DNA of 50,139 nt, taken from the NCBI GenBank assembly GCA_048941285.1, contig JBHLNS010000023.1:1-50139 (forward strand), written 5' to 3'. Both the position numbers and the translations under genes were made by a program. Each line of letters begins with the position of its first letter. The first letter of the stretch is position 1. Below are positions 20,762-30,720 of this stretch, in pieces. Source of the DNA: Promethearchaeota archaeon. GTDB lineage: Archaea; Asgardarchaeota; Lokiarchaeia; Sigyniarchaeales; SOKP01. The notes under the pieces are model-generated. The model did not search any database and was not told the DNA's origin. It saw only the letters and a list, made by a program, of their open reading frames with translations.

Positions 20762-22846
20762 ATAACACATATTAATGGTGTGATTTGTAATACACTAACC
20801 TTTCATAATCAAGATTTTAAAATCATCGAAAGCTTAAATTCACTCCTTATTCGCCATATTCTTACAAATGATGCCAAATCTCTTCTTCTTTTTGGGAGAG
20901 TGGATGAAATTGATCAATTTTCTCTATCAGAAAAAATTAGATTAATTGAATTAACAGTGAAAATTACAAAGAAGGAAATTCCTATTATGGTTGGACTTTA
21001 TGGTGATCTGGCAGATGATATAATCGAAAAAATCGAAAGTTTGGGTAAGAAATTCGAAAATCTTTATTTTTTGATATCTCCTCCATTAACCGAAAAAAAA
21101 CCTTTAGCTGATATTAAATCTTATTTTGAAAATATTTTTAGTTCTATCGCCTCTAAAAACCAGATATATTTGATAAATAATCCTCCTTTATTTGCAGGAA
21201 ATGAGATTGAACCAACCTTATTAAACAATTTAATCGAATTTCCAAATTTGAAAGGACTCATTGATTCATTTTATAATATTAGAAATTGTAAAGCTTATAT
21301 TCAAAATTTGAATAAAAATTTTTCTGTAATATGTGGCATGGAAGAAAATTCACAAACATTTTTGCAACTTATTCCATTAAACATGAGAAAATACTGTGGA
21401 GTTCTTTCAAGTCTTAGCAATTTAGTTAACATGTGCTCAAAATTATATAATTATGCACTAGAAGACAAACTTTTAGAACTCCTACAAATACAAGAAGAAA
21501 TAAATGATATAAGAAATAAATTGTTTGAAATTAGGACTAATGAAGTAAATGAAAAAATAGCTTTGAAATATGCTTTTCTACATTTATATAGGGATTTAAT
21601 ACCAAGAACTAATCTAGACATAAATAGTCTAGATGAAGAATTCAAAACCCAAATTGCTCCAATAAGTAAAGGAAGAATTGAGGCTACGGTGAAGTATTTA
21701 CTTAATAATAAACAGATTTATCAATTATATTTTCTTGGTGGAAACGATCTTTACCAATTTGATGAAATCATTAATAGGTTTTCAAATATTGATATTTTAG
21801 TTAAGCAGGGCAAAGTAAGGAAGATTAAAGGTCCATATCTTACTGATCTTAACACTCTCTATAGAGTGCATTTTGAAAATAGTCAATTGGTTTTCAGATT
21901 TCATACAAGTCAAATTTTCCAAATTGAAGATTTTATCAAAGAAAAACTATTATATCCCTTTTTGGATAAAAGTTTAGGCTCTAATGTTATTAATTTAAGA
22001 CAGAAAGTTAAACAAATTATTAGTACTAAGACAGGGTCATATTTTTTCAATAAAGAGAACCCTCCAATCATTCCTGTATGTAATTTAATTTATTATGATG
22101 AAACAAAGGATATTATCCCAATTAACTACGCTGTAAATGAATATATAAGAGGGAAACCTTTATTTCAACTTATTGAGAGATATATCAGTGAAGGCAAAAA
22201 TTTACAGACGAAAAAATTTTTGGATTTATTTAATAACTTAGGAGAACAATTAGGAAAATTACATACCATAAAATTTGATTCCTTTCATAAGAATATTAGT
22301 AATATTGGTAAAATTCCTAAAATTTCTTACCTAGATTATATTAATAGTGAATTTGAACAAGACATAAATGAAGCAAAAAGGAATAAAATAGATTTTTATG
22401 ATGAAATTAAGGCTTTCTATCAAGAAAATTCAACATTAATCGAGGAAGAAAATGACTTTGTTCTACTACATAACGATTTCAAAAGTCAAAATGTTATTGT
22501 AAAAGAGGAATTAGGTGCTATAAGAATAAATGGTATCGTAGATTTTGATAATTGGAGTGTTGGTTGTCGAGCTCAGGACTTCATAAAAATTGATTATTGG
22601 ATTCTGAAACCTTTAAACAACCCTTCATTCTATAGCTCTTTTTATGATGCATATTCAAAATTTTACACTATAAATAGAGATTTTAAGAAGAAAATTGATT
22701 TGTATAAATTACTATGGCTTTTAAATGAATATAACATTGAAGCAGAATTGATAAAAAAGTCAGATCAAATGGATATTGTGAAAAAGCCATCAATGTCTTT
22801 AGAAAATTATTTATTCGAAATAAAAACAATAATTCGGTCGGTTTAA
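20762..22846 (+). CDS. Fusion: degenerate DapA/NanA-like TIM barrel + APH/choline-kinase-like phosphotransferase (track start GTG 20780; proposed start ATA 20762)
   Basis: N-half follows the DapA pattern (FSLSEKIRLIE, IPIMVG, PP, NNP..AG, FPNLKGLIDS, SSLSNL). C-half has LGKLH, LLHNDF..QN and GIVDFD. Confidence 0.82.
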   Translation: MTHINGVICNTLTFHNQDFKIIESLNSLLIRHILTNDAKSLLLFGRVDEIDQFSLSEKIRLIELTVKITKKEIPIMVGLYGDLADDIIEKIESLGKKFENLYFLISPPLTEKKPLADIKSYFENIFSSIASKNQIYLINNPPLFAGNEIEPTLLNNLIEFPNLKGLIDSFYNIRNCKAYIQNLNKNFSVICGMEENSQTFLQLIPLNMRKYCGVLSSLSNLVNMCSKLYNYALEDKLLELLQIQEEINDIRNKLFEIRTNEVNEKIALKYAFLHLYRDLIPRTNLDINSLDEEFKTQIAPISKGRIEATVKYLLNNKQIYQLYFLGGNDLYQFDEIINRFSNIDILVKQGKVRKIKGPYLTDLNTLYRVHFENSQLVFRFHTSQIFQIEDFIKEKLLYPFLDKSLGSNVINLRQKVKQIISTKTGSYFFNKENPPIIPVCNLIYYDETKDIIPINYAVNEYIRGKPLFQLIERYISEGKNLQTKKFLDLFNNLGEQLGKLHTIKFDSFHKNISNIGKIPKISYLDYINSEFEQDINEAKRNKIDFYDEIKAFYQENSTLIEEENDFVLLHNDFKSQNVIVKEELGAIRINGIVDFDNWSVGCRAQDFIKIDYWILKPLNNPSFYSSFYDAYSKFYTINRDFKKKIDLYKLLWLLNEYNIEAELIKKSDQMDIVKKPSMSLENYLFEIKTIIRSV

Positions 22847-23004
22847 TTTTCATTGTACTTTCATATTTTTTCTTAATTATGCCTAATTGGGTAATAAATA
22901 AAATTAAAAAAAAATATGGAATAAGTTAATAAAGATATCTTTTAATTTTTTCTTAGCTTATCTATTAGAAAAAGATTTAAGCACAAATTTAGTATAAGTA
23001 AATC

Positions 23005-23922
23005 ATGTCTCGCTATAACGAAGAATTAAAATTTGCTATAAATATTGTTAGAGAAGCATCTATAATAACTGAATGGTTTAGACAAAAAGGATTTGAATCC
23101 TTCTCAAAATCAGATCAATCACCCGTGACTATAGCAGATTTTGCCTCCCAAATATATATAATTTCTCAATTAAAGGATTGCTTTCCTGAGGATGAAATTA
23201 TAGCGGAAGAGGAGAATGTTGATTTTATAAATAGTAAGTCAGAAGATTTGATAAATCAATGTTTTAGTGAATTAAATTTAAAAAAAATGAAATATGTCAA
23301 AGAAAATGTAAAATTTCGAGGCCAATCATCTGAACGTCAATGGACAGTAGATCCAATTGATGGAACTATTGGATATCAAAAGGGATTGCCCTATGCAGTA
23401 GGTGTTGGCTTTATGATAAAATCTAATCCCAAAGTTTGTGCTATAGCAGTACCAAACTATAATAAGGAGCCATTAGCTATTTTTAGAGCAGAGGAAAACC
23501 AAGGGTCTCAAGTTTCATATAATAATAAAAATTTCTATCCAATTAAGGTAAGTCATATTAAAAGTATAGATAACATTCGTTTATGTCATTCATTACATTA
23601 TGATCAACCTTGGGTTCTTAATTTTGCAAAAAAAATTGGTATTAATAACTTCATTCAAATTGATAGCATGACAAAATTTTGTATGATTGCTGATGGAACT
23701 GCTGATCTGTATTTGAAACCTTTAGAAATAGCCCATTCATTTACATGGGATTTTATGCCGGGAGATTTAATTGTAAAGGAAGCAGGTGGAGCAGTTACAG
23801 ATTTAAATGGTGAAACCTTAAAATTTAAAAAAGAAAAATGTTTATGGACCGCACCTGGAATTATTTCTTCAAATGGGATTCTTCATAAAAGAATTTTAGA
23901 GCTGTATCATGAAAATCTTTGA
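23005..23922 (+). CDS. Inositol monophosphatase / 3'(2'),5'-bisphosphate nucleotidase family (HAL2/CysQ-like)
   Basis: KSDQSPVTIADFASQ, AEE, DPIDGT, WD..PG.LIV.EAGG.VTD. Confidence 0.92.
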   Translation: MSRYNEELKFAINIVREASIITEWFRQKGFESFSKSDQSPVTIADFASQIYIISQLKDCFPEDEIIAEEENVDFINSKSEDLINQCFSELNLKKMKYVKENVKFRGQSSERQWTVDPIDGTIGYQKGLPYAVGVGFMIKSNPKVCAIAVPNYNKEPLAIFRAEENQGSQVSYNNKNFYPIKVSHIKSIDNIRLCHSLHYDQPWVLNFAKKIGINNFIQIDSMTKFCMIADGTADLYLKPLEIAHSFTWDFMPGDLIVKEAGGAVTDLNGETLKFKKEKCLWTAPGIISSNGILHKRILELYHENL

Positions 23923-24097
23923 AATAAAGTAGCTTTTCTGAGTGAACGGGATTCAATTTATATAAATGAAAATCTGAACCAAAAATCTTATAAGTAATAT
24001 CAATTGAGCTTAATTCTTCTAATTAGATAAAATCACTTTTGAATTCATCAATGCCTACCCTAACAGTATTATTAAAGAAAGGTATAAACGAATTTAA

Positions 24098-25186
24098 TTA
24101 AATTCTAGCAAATTCCAAAAGATTTGTCTGTTTTATTTTTAAGTTCCTATCAAAATTAGACAACTTTATTCCCAATAACCTGATCTTTTTTTTGTTATAT
24201 TTAAATTCTTTATATAAATCCAATACTGTTTTTAAGACAGTTGTTTGATCCTGAATGGGGAGATCATAAGATTTTGAGCGAGTATAAGTTTCAAATCCAG
24301 TTAAGCGAATTTTTAGGGTTATTGTTCTATAAGAAATATGATGTTTAATAACAGTTTTATGAATTTTCTGATTAATCTCCTCTAATTTTTTCAATATAAT
24401 AGAAAAATCATTAGTATCTTCATAAAAAGTCCTTTCTGCACTAATTGATTTCCTTTTTTCATGAAATTCTTTTACTTTGCGATTATCTAAACCATTCGCA
24501 ACATTCCAGATCCATCTTCCATGTTTTCCAAATAACTCTATCATCTTAGGTAAGGGCGTATTTATTATATCTCCAATTTTTTTTAAACCAATTTTATAGA
24601 AATAAACTTTAGTCTTCTTACCAATCCCTGGAATTCGGGTTATATCCATATCCTTCAAGAAAAAAGCAATATTTTCGGGATTTACAACAGTAATACCATT
24701 AGGTTTATTTTCATCAGATGCAATTTTTGCTAAAGATTTTGTAGGTGCGATGCCTATTGAGATGGTAATACCAATCTTTTCTATTATTTCTCTCTGAATT
24801 TTTTTTGCGATTTCTTCAGCCTCGCCGTAATCCTGAGTTTTACCTGTTAGTTCTAAATACGCTTCATCGGTACCTACTCGCTGAAAATCATCACTATAAC
24901 TCTCAAGAATCTCCATAACCTGACTTGACACTTTATAATATTTGTCACCATTAGGTCTTAAATAAATTCCATGAGGACATCTTCTATAAGCTTGAGATAT
25001 GGGCATAGCTGAATGTAATCCATATTTTCTTGCTTCGTAATTGCAAGTTGCTATAACTCCTCTTCCTTTACCTTCTTTTGGATCTGCTCCTATTATAACA
25101 GGTTTATCTTTATATTGTGGGTTGTCTCGCATTTCTACAGCAGCAAAAAAGCAATCAAGATCACAATGTATAATAATGCGATTCAT
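24098..25186 (-). CDS. dinB: Y-family DNA polymerase IV (DinB/Dpo4)
   Basis: HCDLDCFFAAVE, CNYEARKYG, TDEAYL, LAKIASD..KPNG, IPGIG, C-terminal PIP-like QTNLLEF. Confidence 0.96.
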   Translation of the reverse strand: MNRIIIHCDLDCFFAAVEMRDNPQYKDKPVIIGADPKEGKGRGVIATCNYEARKYGLHSAMPISQAYRRCPHGIYLRPNGDKYYKVSSQVMEILESYSDDFQRVGTDEAYLELTGKTQDYGEAEEIAKKIQREIIEKIGITISIGIAPTKSLAKIASDENKPNGITVVNPENIAFFLKDMDITRIPGIGKKTKVYFYKIGLKKIGDIINTPLPKMIELFGKHGRWIWNVANGLDNRKVKEFHEKRKSISAERTFYEDTNDFSIILKKLEEINQKIHKTVIKHHISYRTITLKIRLTGFETYTRSKSYDLPIQDQTTVLKTVLDLYKEFKYNKKKIRLLGIKLSNFDRNLKIKQTNLLEFARI

Positions 25187-25369
25187 TATTCAACGAAGGA
25201 GAGATATTTGATTTAAGATTATATTTACCGAGTATGTTATTTAAAATTAATATTTAAAAAAATAGACTTTTACAAATTAATGGATTTAAAAAATTTATAA
25301 CTCTTAATGTGAAATCAAGAAAAATTATACTCAAAATATATTTTTAATTGAGGTTTAATTATTGAATTT

Positions 25370-26050
25370 ATGGCATTAAATAAAGAAGATCAAGTTCGAA
25401 TTGAAGTCGTTAGGGGAGCAAAAGCAATTTTCTCAAAGGGATTAGTGGAAGCTGGAGAGGGTAATGTTAGCGTGAGGAATGGAAAGAAGGAAGAATTTTT
25501 TATCACACCTTCCTTCAATCAATATGATATACTCAAAAAAGATGAAATTGTTCATCTAAATTTTGATGGAATTCCTTTAAGTGCTGGAAAATTACCTTCA
25601 ACAGAAGCAAAAATGCATATTGCTATTTATAAATCAAGACCGAAAGTTCAAGCAATAATTCACACGCACTCACCATTTGCAACCATGCTTTCAATCGTAG
25701 GAAAAGGTATTCCAATTATTATGGAAGAGATGTACGCATTCTTAGGCGGTTCAGTTGATATTTCTGAATTTGGAAAAGCTCAAACAGGAGAAATTGGAGA
25801 GACAGCGCTCAAAGCTCTGGGTATAAAGAATGCGGCTATATTAGCTAACCATGGTGTTATAGTATGTGGAAAATCATTAGATCATGCAGTTAAATTTGCA
25901 GAACTAGTGGAAAAACTTGCAAAAATGTATTGGGGTGCTTTACAAATAGGGAAACCAAATATTATCTCCGAAGAGCATCTTGAACGATTTCAAAAAATTT
26001 TTAATAGCCTATTTGCTAATTACCCTCGAAGTATGCGGACAAAAGATTGA
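25370..26050 (+). CDS. Class II aldolase/adducin-family protein (FucA-like)
   Basis: GNVS, ITPS, PSTE..MH..IY, HTHS, LANHG. Confidence 0.92.
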   Translation: MALNKEDQVRIEVVRGAKAIFSKGLVEAGEGNVSVRNGKKEEFFITPSFNQYDILKKDEIVHLNFDGIPLSAGKLPSTEAKMHIAIYKSRPKVQAIIHTHSPFATMLSIVGKGIPIIMEEMYAFLGGSVDISEFGKAQTGEIGETALKALGIKNAAILANHGVIVCGKSLDHAVKFAELVEKLAKMYWGALQIGKPNIISEEHLERFQKIFNSLFANYPRSMRTKD

Positions 26051-26078
26051 AAAGATTAAATTAATGCAGTGAAAAATT

Positions 26079-26909
26079 ATGGAATTGGGTATTAGTAGCT
26101 TAGGACATATTATTGATATCGCTCGAATTGGCAAATTTAAAAATCTTGCAGATTTACTCTTCAATGCAACAGAGCAATGCCTCAATTTCGCCGAAAATTA
26201 TGGGATTAAAATCGTAGAGTTAGTAATTGAACCACCTCAAGCACTAAATGATGAATTCAAAGATAATCTTATTAATCTAGTAAATTCTTATTCAATAGAA
26301 AAACAAATTCATGGGCCCTATATTGATTTAAACCTTTGCTCTCATAATAATCTTATATCTAAGACATCGATCGAATTAAATATTAAAACTATCCAATTGT
26401 GCTATCAAATAGCTGCTAGTGTTTTAACAATTCATCCTGGATTAGCTAATTCAATGTTAAGTTCAATTAGGAAAATAAATAAAGAACAATTAAAAAATGC
26501 AATTCATAAATTACTGGATTTTACGATTAATCAGAAGTTGTTAATCTGTTTAGAAAATATGCCTCAGAATGCCTATATTATGACCGATGATTTAGATATT
26601 GATCAGGTATATCGAATTATCAATCGAAAAGATCTTTATTTTACTTTTGATACTAGTCATTTTTATACTTGCGATGGAAATATGAAAGATTTGTGGGCGA
26701 AATATCATCATATCATTAAAAATATTCATTTAGTAGATAATTTTACTAAAAATTCTGATACACATCCTCCCTTAGGTTCAGGAAAGATTGATTTTAAAGA
26801 AATTTTTGAGGTACTGAGAAGTTATAATTACAAGGGACCACTAATTATTGAGTTATCTTCCATAAATTCATTAAATCAAAGTATTAATTTTATAAAAAAA
26901 TTCTTATAA
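26079..26909 (+). CDS. Sugar-phosphate isomerase/epimerase (xylose-isomerase-like TIM barrel)
   Basis: HGPY.DLN, HPG, LENM, FDTSH, IHLVD, DTH.PLGSGKID, IIE. Confidence 0.88.
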   Translation: MELGISSLGHIIDIARIGKFKNLADLLFNATEQCLNFAENYGIKIVELVIEPPQALNDEFKDNLINLVNSYSIEKQIHGPYIDLNLCSHNNLISKTSIELNIKTIQLCYQIAASVLTIHPGLANSMLSSIRKINKEQLKNAIHKLLDFTINQKLLICLENMPQNAYIMTDDLDIDQVYRIINRKDLYFTFDTSHFYTCDGNMKDLWAKYHHIIKNIHLVDNFTKNSDTHPPLGSGKIDFKEIFEVLRSYNYKGPLIIELSSINSLNQSINFIKKFL

Positions 26910-26956
26910 TATATTAATAATTTTTATTAAAAATAAAAAAAGTCTCGTGATCTATA

Positions 26957-27355
26957 ATGAGCCCAATAATCTCTCTTCAAGTTAGCGATGAATTATTAGA
27001 AAGATTCGAAAGAGTAAGAAAATTAAGTGGATTTACATCCAAGAGTGAAGCGTTAAGGGACTCAATCTTTAGCTTTATTGAAAGACATGAAAAATACGAG
27101 GATTTAGAAAATGATATTTTAATAATGACCATTAGCTTAGTGTATCCCTTCAAGGATTTAATAATTGATCAAATTACTGATCTATATTCACGATTTCATC
27201 AGATTATAAAAACTATAACAGATTGGAGGATCGTTGATAAAAAAATTGAATTAATCTTAGTTGTAGGAGAATTTAATATAATCAATGATCTTTATAAAGA
27301 ATTAGCTAAAATAAAGGATATAATTTGTTCAATTAGAGAAATAGTTATAGATTAA
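26957..27355 (+). CDS. CopG/NikR-like ribbon-helix-helix regulator with ACT-like C-domain
   Basis: IISLQVSDELLERFE...GFTSKSEALRD (RHH); C-domain has the NikR layout but no His/Cys ligands. Confidence 0.82.
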   Translation: MSPIISLQVSDELLERFERVRKLSGFTSKSEALRDSIFSFIERHEKYEDLENDILIMTISLVYPFKDLIIDQITDLYSRFHQIIKTITDWRIVDKKIELILVVGEFNIINDLYKELAKIKDIICSIREIVID

Positions 27356-27364
27356 AAAATAAAG

Positions 27365-28219
27365 TTAATCAAATCGAAGTGAAAAATCCACTTGCTCAGA
27401 AGGAAATTGAGTAATTAGACCTAGACTTATAATATCAGGTTCTGACAATAAATAATCTATGATATTCTCTTGAGTTATTCCACCAGAAACTTCAACTATA
27501 ACCTTATCTCTAAGATTATTTTCTTTCAAGGAATTAATAGCATCTTCAACTTGATCTGGATCCATATTATCTAACATCACAATTTCTGCCCCATTTTTGG
27601 CAGCGATTAACACATCTTCCTCTTTTTCAATTTCTATCTCAATTTTTTTTGAAAAACTATTCCTTTTTTTAATATCATTTAATAACTTTTCAACATCTCC
27701 ATCATAATACTTTAAATGAGTATCCTTTAAGAGAACCATGTCATCTAGAGAAAATCTATGAGTATCTGCAAATCCTAATTCAGCAGCTTTTTTTTCAAAT
27801 ATTCTTATTCCTGGTGTTGTTTTCCGAGTACAAGCAATTTTAACATTTTTACCAGAATCTTTAATTATATCATAATATTTTCTAGCTGTAGTTGTTATAG
27901 CACTCATATGTGTAATTAGGTTTAATCCTGTTCTTTCTCCTAATAAAATCTCTCTTGTATTTCCTTCTAACTCTACAATTATATCCCCCTTATCAACCTC
28001 TTCTCCATCACTTTTCATAAATTTTGTTGTTACATTTAAGAGATTATACAAAATTTTTAATTCTGATAATCCTGAAACATACCCAAAGCTTTTAGTGAAG
28101 ATTTTTGCTGAAGATCTTGCATTCTCTGGTATAATTTTCGAACTCACATCAATAAACATACAATCTTCATTCAAAAATTCTCTTAACTTTTGTTCAATTA
28201 GAATCTTATTATAGCTCAT
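27365..28219 (-). CDS. nadC: Quinolinate phosphoribosyltransferase (nicotinate-nucleotide pyrophosphorylase)
   Basis: ER..LN, TRKTTPG.R..EK, HRFSLDD.VL.KDTH, MLDN, EVSGGI; ATG 28219 preferred over GTG 28228. Confidence 0.95.
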   Translation of the reverse strand: MSYNKILIEQKLREFLNEDCMFIDVSSKIIPENARSSAKIFTKSFGYVSGLSELKILYNLLNVTTKFMKSDGEEVDKGDIIVELEGNTREILLGERTGLNLITHMSAITTTARKYYDIIKDSGKNVKIACTRKTTPGIRIFEKKAAELGFADTHRFSLDDMVLLKDTHLKYYDGDVEKLLNDIKKRNSFSKKIEIEIEKEEDVLIAAKNGAEIVMLDNMDPDQVEDAINSLKENNLRDKVIVEVSGGITQENIIDYLLSEPDIISLGLITQFPSEQVDFSLRFD

Positions 28220-28274
28220 ATTTCGCACAACCTAGTATAGTATTATTATTATAGTTTAAAATTTAATTAAAATT

Positions 28275-28913
28275 ATGGTAGAAAAAGAAAAATTATTGAT
28301 CAAAAATGATGAGATTAATCTTGAAGCGGAATACTATCGGTCAAAAAAGAATCTAGATAATCCAGCAATTTTAATTTGTCATCCGCATCCACAATATGGT
28401 GGGAATATGTTTAATAATGTTGTGTCTGGAGTTTTTAATGAATTAATTGAAAATGAAATTTCTGGTTTAAGGTTTAATTTTAGAGGTGTTGGAAGATCAA
28501 CTGGAAATCATTCGGATGGAACTGGAGAATTGCAAGATGTAAAAACTTGTATTGATTTTCTAGCAAATGAGAAAAATCATGAAAAATTAATCATATGTGG
28601 GTATTCTTATGGTGCTGCTATAGGATGTTCTGCGATAAATTACTCAAATAAGGTCATTGGCTATATTTCTATATCATTTCCTTGGGATTTTGTAGGTTCT
28701 ACATATAAAGTACAATCACAATCTGATAAACCAAAATTATTTATCCAAGGTGATCAAGATACAATTTCTAGATTTGAAACATTTGAAGAAAATTTCAGTT
28801 ATTATTTGAACCCAAAGATTAAAAAAGTAATATCTGGAGCAGATCATTTTTACTGGGGCTATGAAAAGCAAGTTGCTTCTGAAATCTTAAAATTTTATAG
28901 CTCATTAATCTAA
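28275..28913 (+). CDS. Alpha/beta hydrolase (COG2945-like)
   Basis: HPHPQYGG.M.N.VV, RFNFRGVG.S, GYSYG (nucleophile), QGDQD, GADHF. Confidence 0.92.
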   Translation: MVEKEKLLIKNDEINLEAEYYRSKKNLDNPAILICHPHPQYGGNMFNNVVSGVFNELIENEISGLRFNFRGVGRSTGNHSDGTGELQDVKTCIDFLANEKNHEKLIICGYSYGAAIGCSAINYSNKVIGYISISFPWDFVGSTYKVQSQSDKPKLFIQGDQDTISRFETFEENFSYYLNPKIKKVISGADHFYWGYEKQVASEILKFYSSLI

Positions 28914-28918
28914 GTTTT

Positions 28919-29956
28919 TTAAGAAAATTTTAATAAAACTTTTCCAAATTGTTTTCCTTCAGTTAAATATTTCTCGGCATCCTTGACTTTTTCAAATGGA
29001 TATATTTTATCGATAATAGGGATTAATTTACCCTTAAATACTAATTTCATTACAGCTCTAAATTCTCTCTGATTTGCCATTGTTGACCCTTTTATTTCCA
29101 AATGTTTCCAAAAAATATTTGCTAAATTAAATTCCACTTGTGAACCTGATGTAGCACCACATGTGATTAATCGACCTCCAGGATTCAATAATCGAATGCT
29201 TGTGTTAAATGTGTCTATTCCAACATTATCAATGACAATATCTATACCCCTTCTATTAGTCAATTCCTTATATACATATTGAGTATAATCCTTCACTTCT
29301 TTATAATTTATAACGTAATCTGCTCCTAGTTGTTTTGCTTTTTCAACTTTTTCTGGTGAACTAGTTGTAGTGATTACTTTTGCACCATAATATTTAGCTA
29401 TCTGAATAGCTGCTGAAGAAACACCACCTCCTGCTCCATGTATAAAAACATAATCACCCGGTTGTGTAGCCCCTAGAGTGGTTAACATTCTATATGCAGT
29501 TAGAAATGTTAATGGTGCTGCCGCTGCCTTTTCTAATGAAAAAGAATTAGGCACTTTAAGAACATTGATCTCTGGTAATTTAAAGTATTCAGCAAATGTA
29601 CCCCATTGATGTTCCCCCTTAATTGAAAAATTTTTACATAAAACTTGTTCTCCTGATAAACACATTTCACATTTACCACAAGAAATGCCTGGATTAATCG
29701 TGACTTTATCGCCAATTTGTAAAGTTGAAACTTCTGAACCAATTTCTTTTACAATTCCACTTCCGTCAGCGCCAATTACATGTGGCATTTTTAAAACTAA
29801 ACCAGACCACCCCTTAACTATAAATAAATCTAAATGATTTAGAGAGGCATATTGCGTCTTAATTAAAACCTCATTTGGTTCTACGTTTAAATTATCAACT
29901 TCACCAATTTGGATATTATCTAAACTTCCATGTTCATAAATATAAGCTGCTTTCAT
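28919..29956 (-). CDS. Zn-binding MDR dehydrogenase/quinone-oxidoreductase-like
   Basis: NHLD, PHVIGADG.G, CGKCEMC...C (structural Zn), GAGGGV, GK.FGKV. Confidence 0.92.
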   Translation of the reverse strand: MKAAYIYEHGSLDNIQIGEVDNLNVEPNEVLIKTQYASLNHLDLFIVKGWSGLVLKMPHVIGADGSGIVKEIGSEVSTLQIGDKVTINPGISCGKCEMCLSGEQVLCKNFSIKGEHQWGTFAEYFKLPEINVLKVPNSFSLEKAAAAPLTFLTAYRMLTTLGATQPGDYVFIHGAGGGVSSAAIQIAKYYGAKVITTTSSPEKVEKAKQLGADYVINYKEVKDYTQYVYKELTNRRGIDIVIDNVGIDTFNTSIRLLNPGGRLITCGATSGSQVEFNLANIFWKHLEIKGSTMANQREFRAVMKLVFKGKLIPIIDKIYPFEKVKDAEKYLTEGKQFGKVLLKFS

Positions 29957-30055
29957 TGTGAATATAATTTTCCATTATGCTTTTTGAAATTAATCATTAT
30001 ATTTTAAAAATTAAAAATCAGAAAGAGAAAGACATAAAAACTATGAGAAAGTGGA

Positions 30056-30454
30056 TTATAAACTTGAAAGTTTTTCTAAATCTGCTTGCGAATTATCTAC
30101 TGCCCAATTAAGAAGTTGGTCAAAATATCTTTCCACATCCTCACTTTCAGGAGCTTTTGATAAAATTGCTAAAAGGAATTGATTTTTATTGTCAGGCATA
30201 ATTATATTTCTCATCATTATGAAATCTTCTTTATATTTAATCTTCATGCTCTGGATTTCGGAAAGTCCCAACTCCTCTGCAGCTTTATATGCTGAATCAC
30301 TTAATAATGATCCCATAGCAGCCACTACACGTTCATCAATTTTTTCTTCTTTTTGAGAAGCCAACACGAGACCTGTTGAAGTTGCGAAAAGTGAAGCTCG
30401 AAAATTTCCATTTTCATTCAGTTCTTTGAGTACCAATTCAAGTCTACTTACCAA
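30056..30454 (-). CDS. Roadblock/LC7 (LAMTOR/MglB-like) domain protein
   Basis: ASLFATSTGLVLAS...VAAMGSLL...AAEELGL roadblock pattern; 132 aa. Confidence 0.85.
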   Translation of the reverse strand: MVSRLELVLKELNENGNFRASLFATSTGLVLASQKEEKIDERVVAAMGSLLSDSAYKAAEELGLSEIQSMKIKYKEDFIMMRNIIMPDNKNQFLLAILSKAPESEDVERYFDQLLNWAVDNSQADLEKLSSL

Positions 30455-30720
30455 ATCTACACACTCTCAATATAGATTTTTTAAATATTATCACAATTAA
30501 AGGTTTTATATTTTATATATGCATAATATTTTATTCTAACATACTTACATAAAATTTCCTTGTATAAATAATATGAGTTATTTTATATATAAAATTATTC
30601 AGTATGGATTTTATAGTGCTTCTTAGACTTTGTCTCTTAATTATAAATGATATTCTCGTCTTTTAACTGTGGAGCAATTTATAACCATTGTATTTTACTA
30701 ATTACATGTCAAGAACATTC

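Noticed and set aside
23920-24006. TGA stop of the IMPase-family gene followed by 27 open codons (possible selenocysteine readthrough)
   Set aside because: The domain is already complete at the TGA, the position is not a catalytic Cys site, and I saw no convincing SECIS; the other TGA stops (16689, 26050) are also at natural ends
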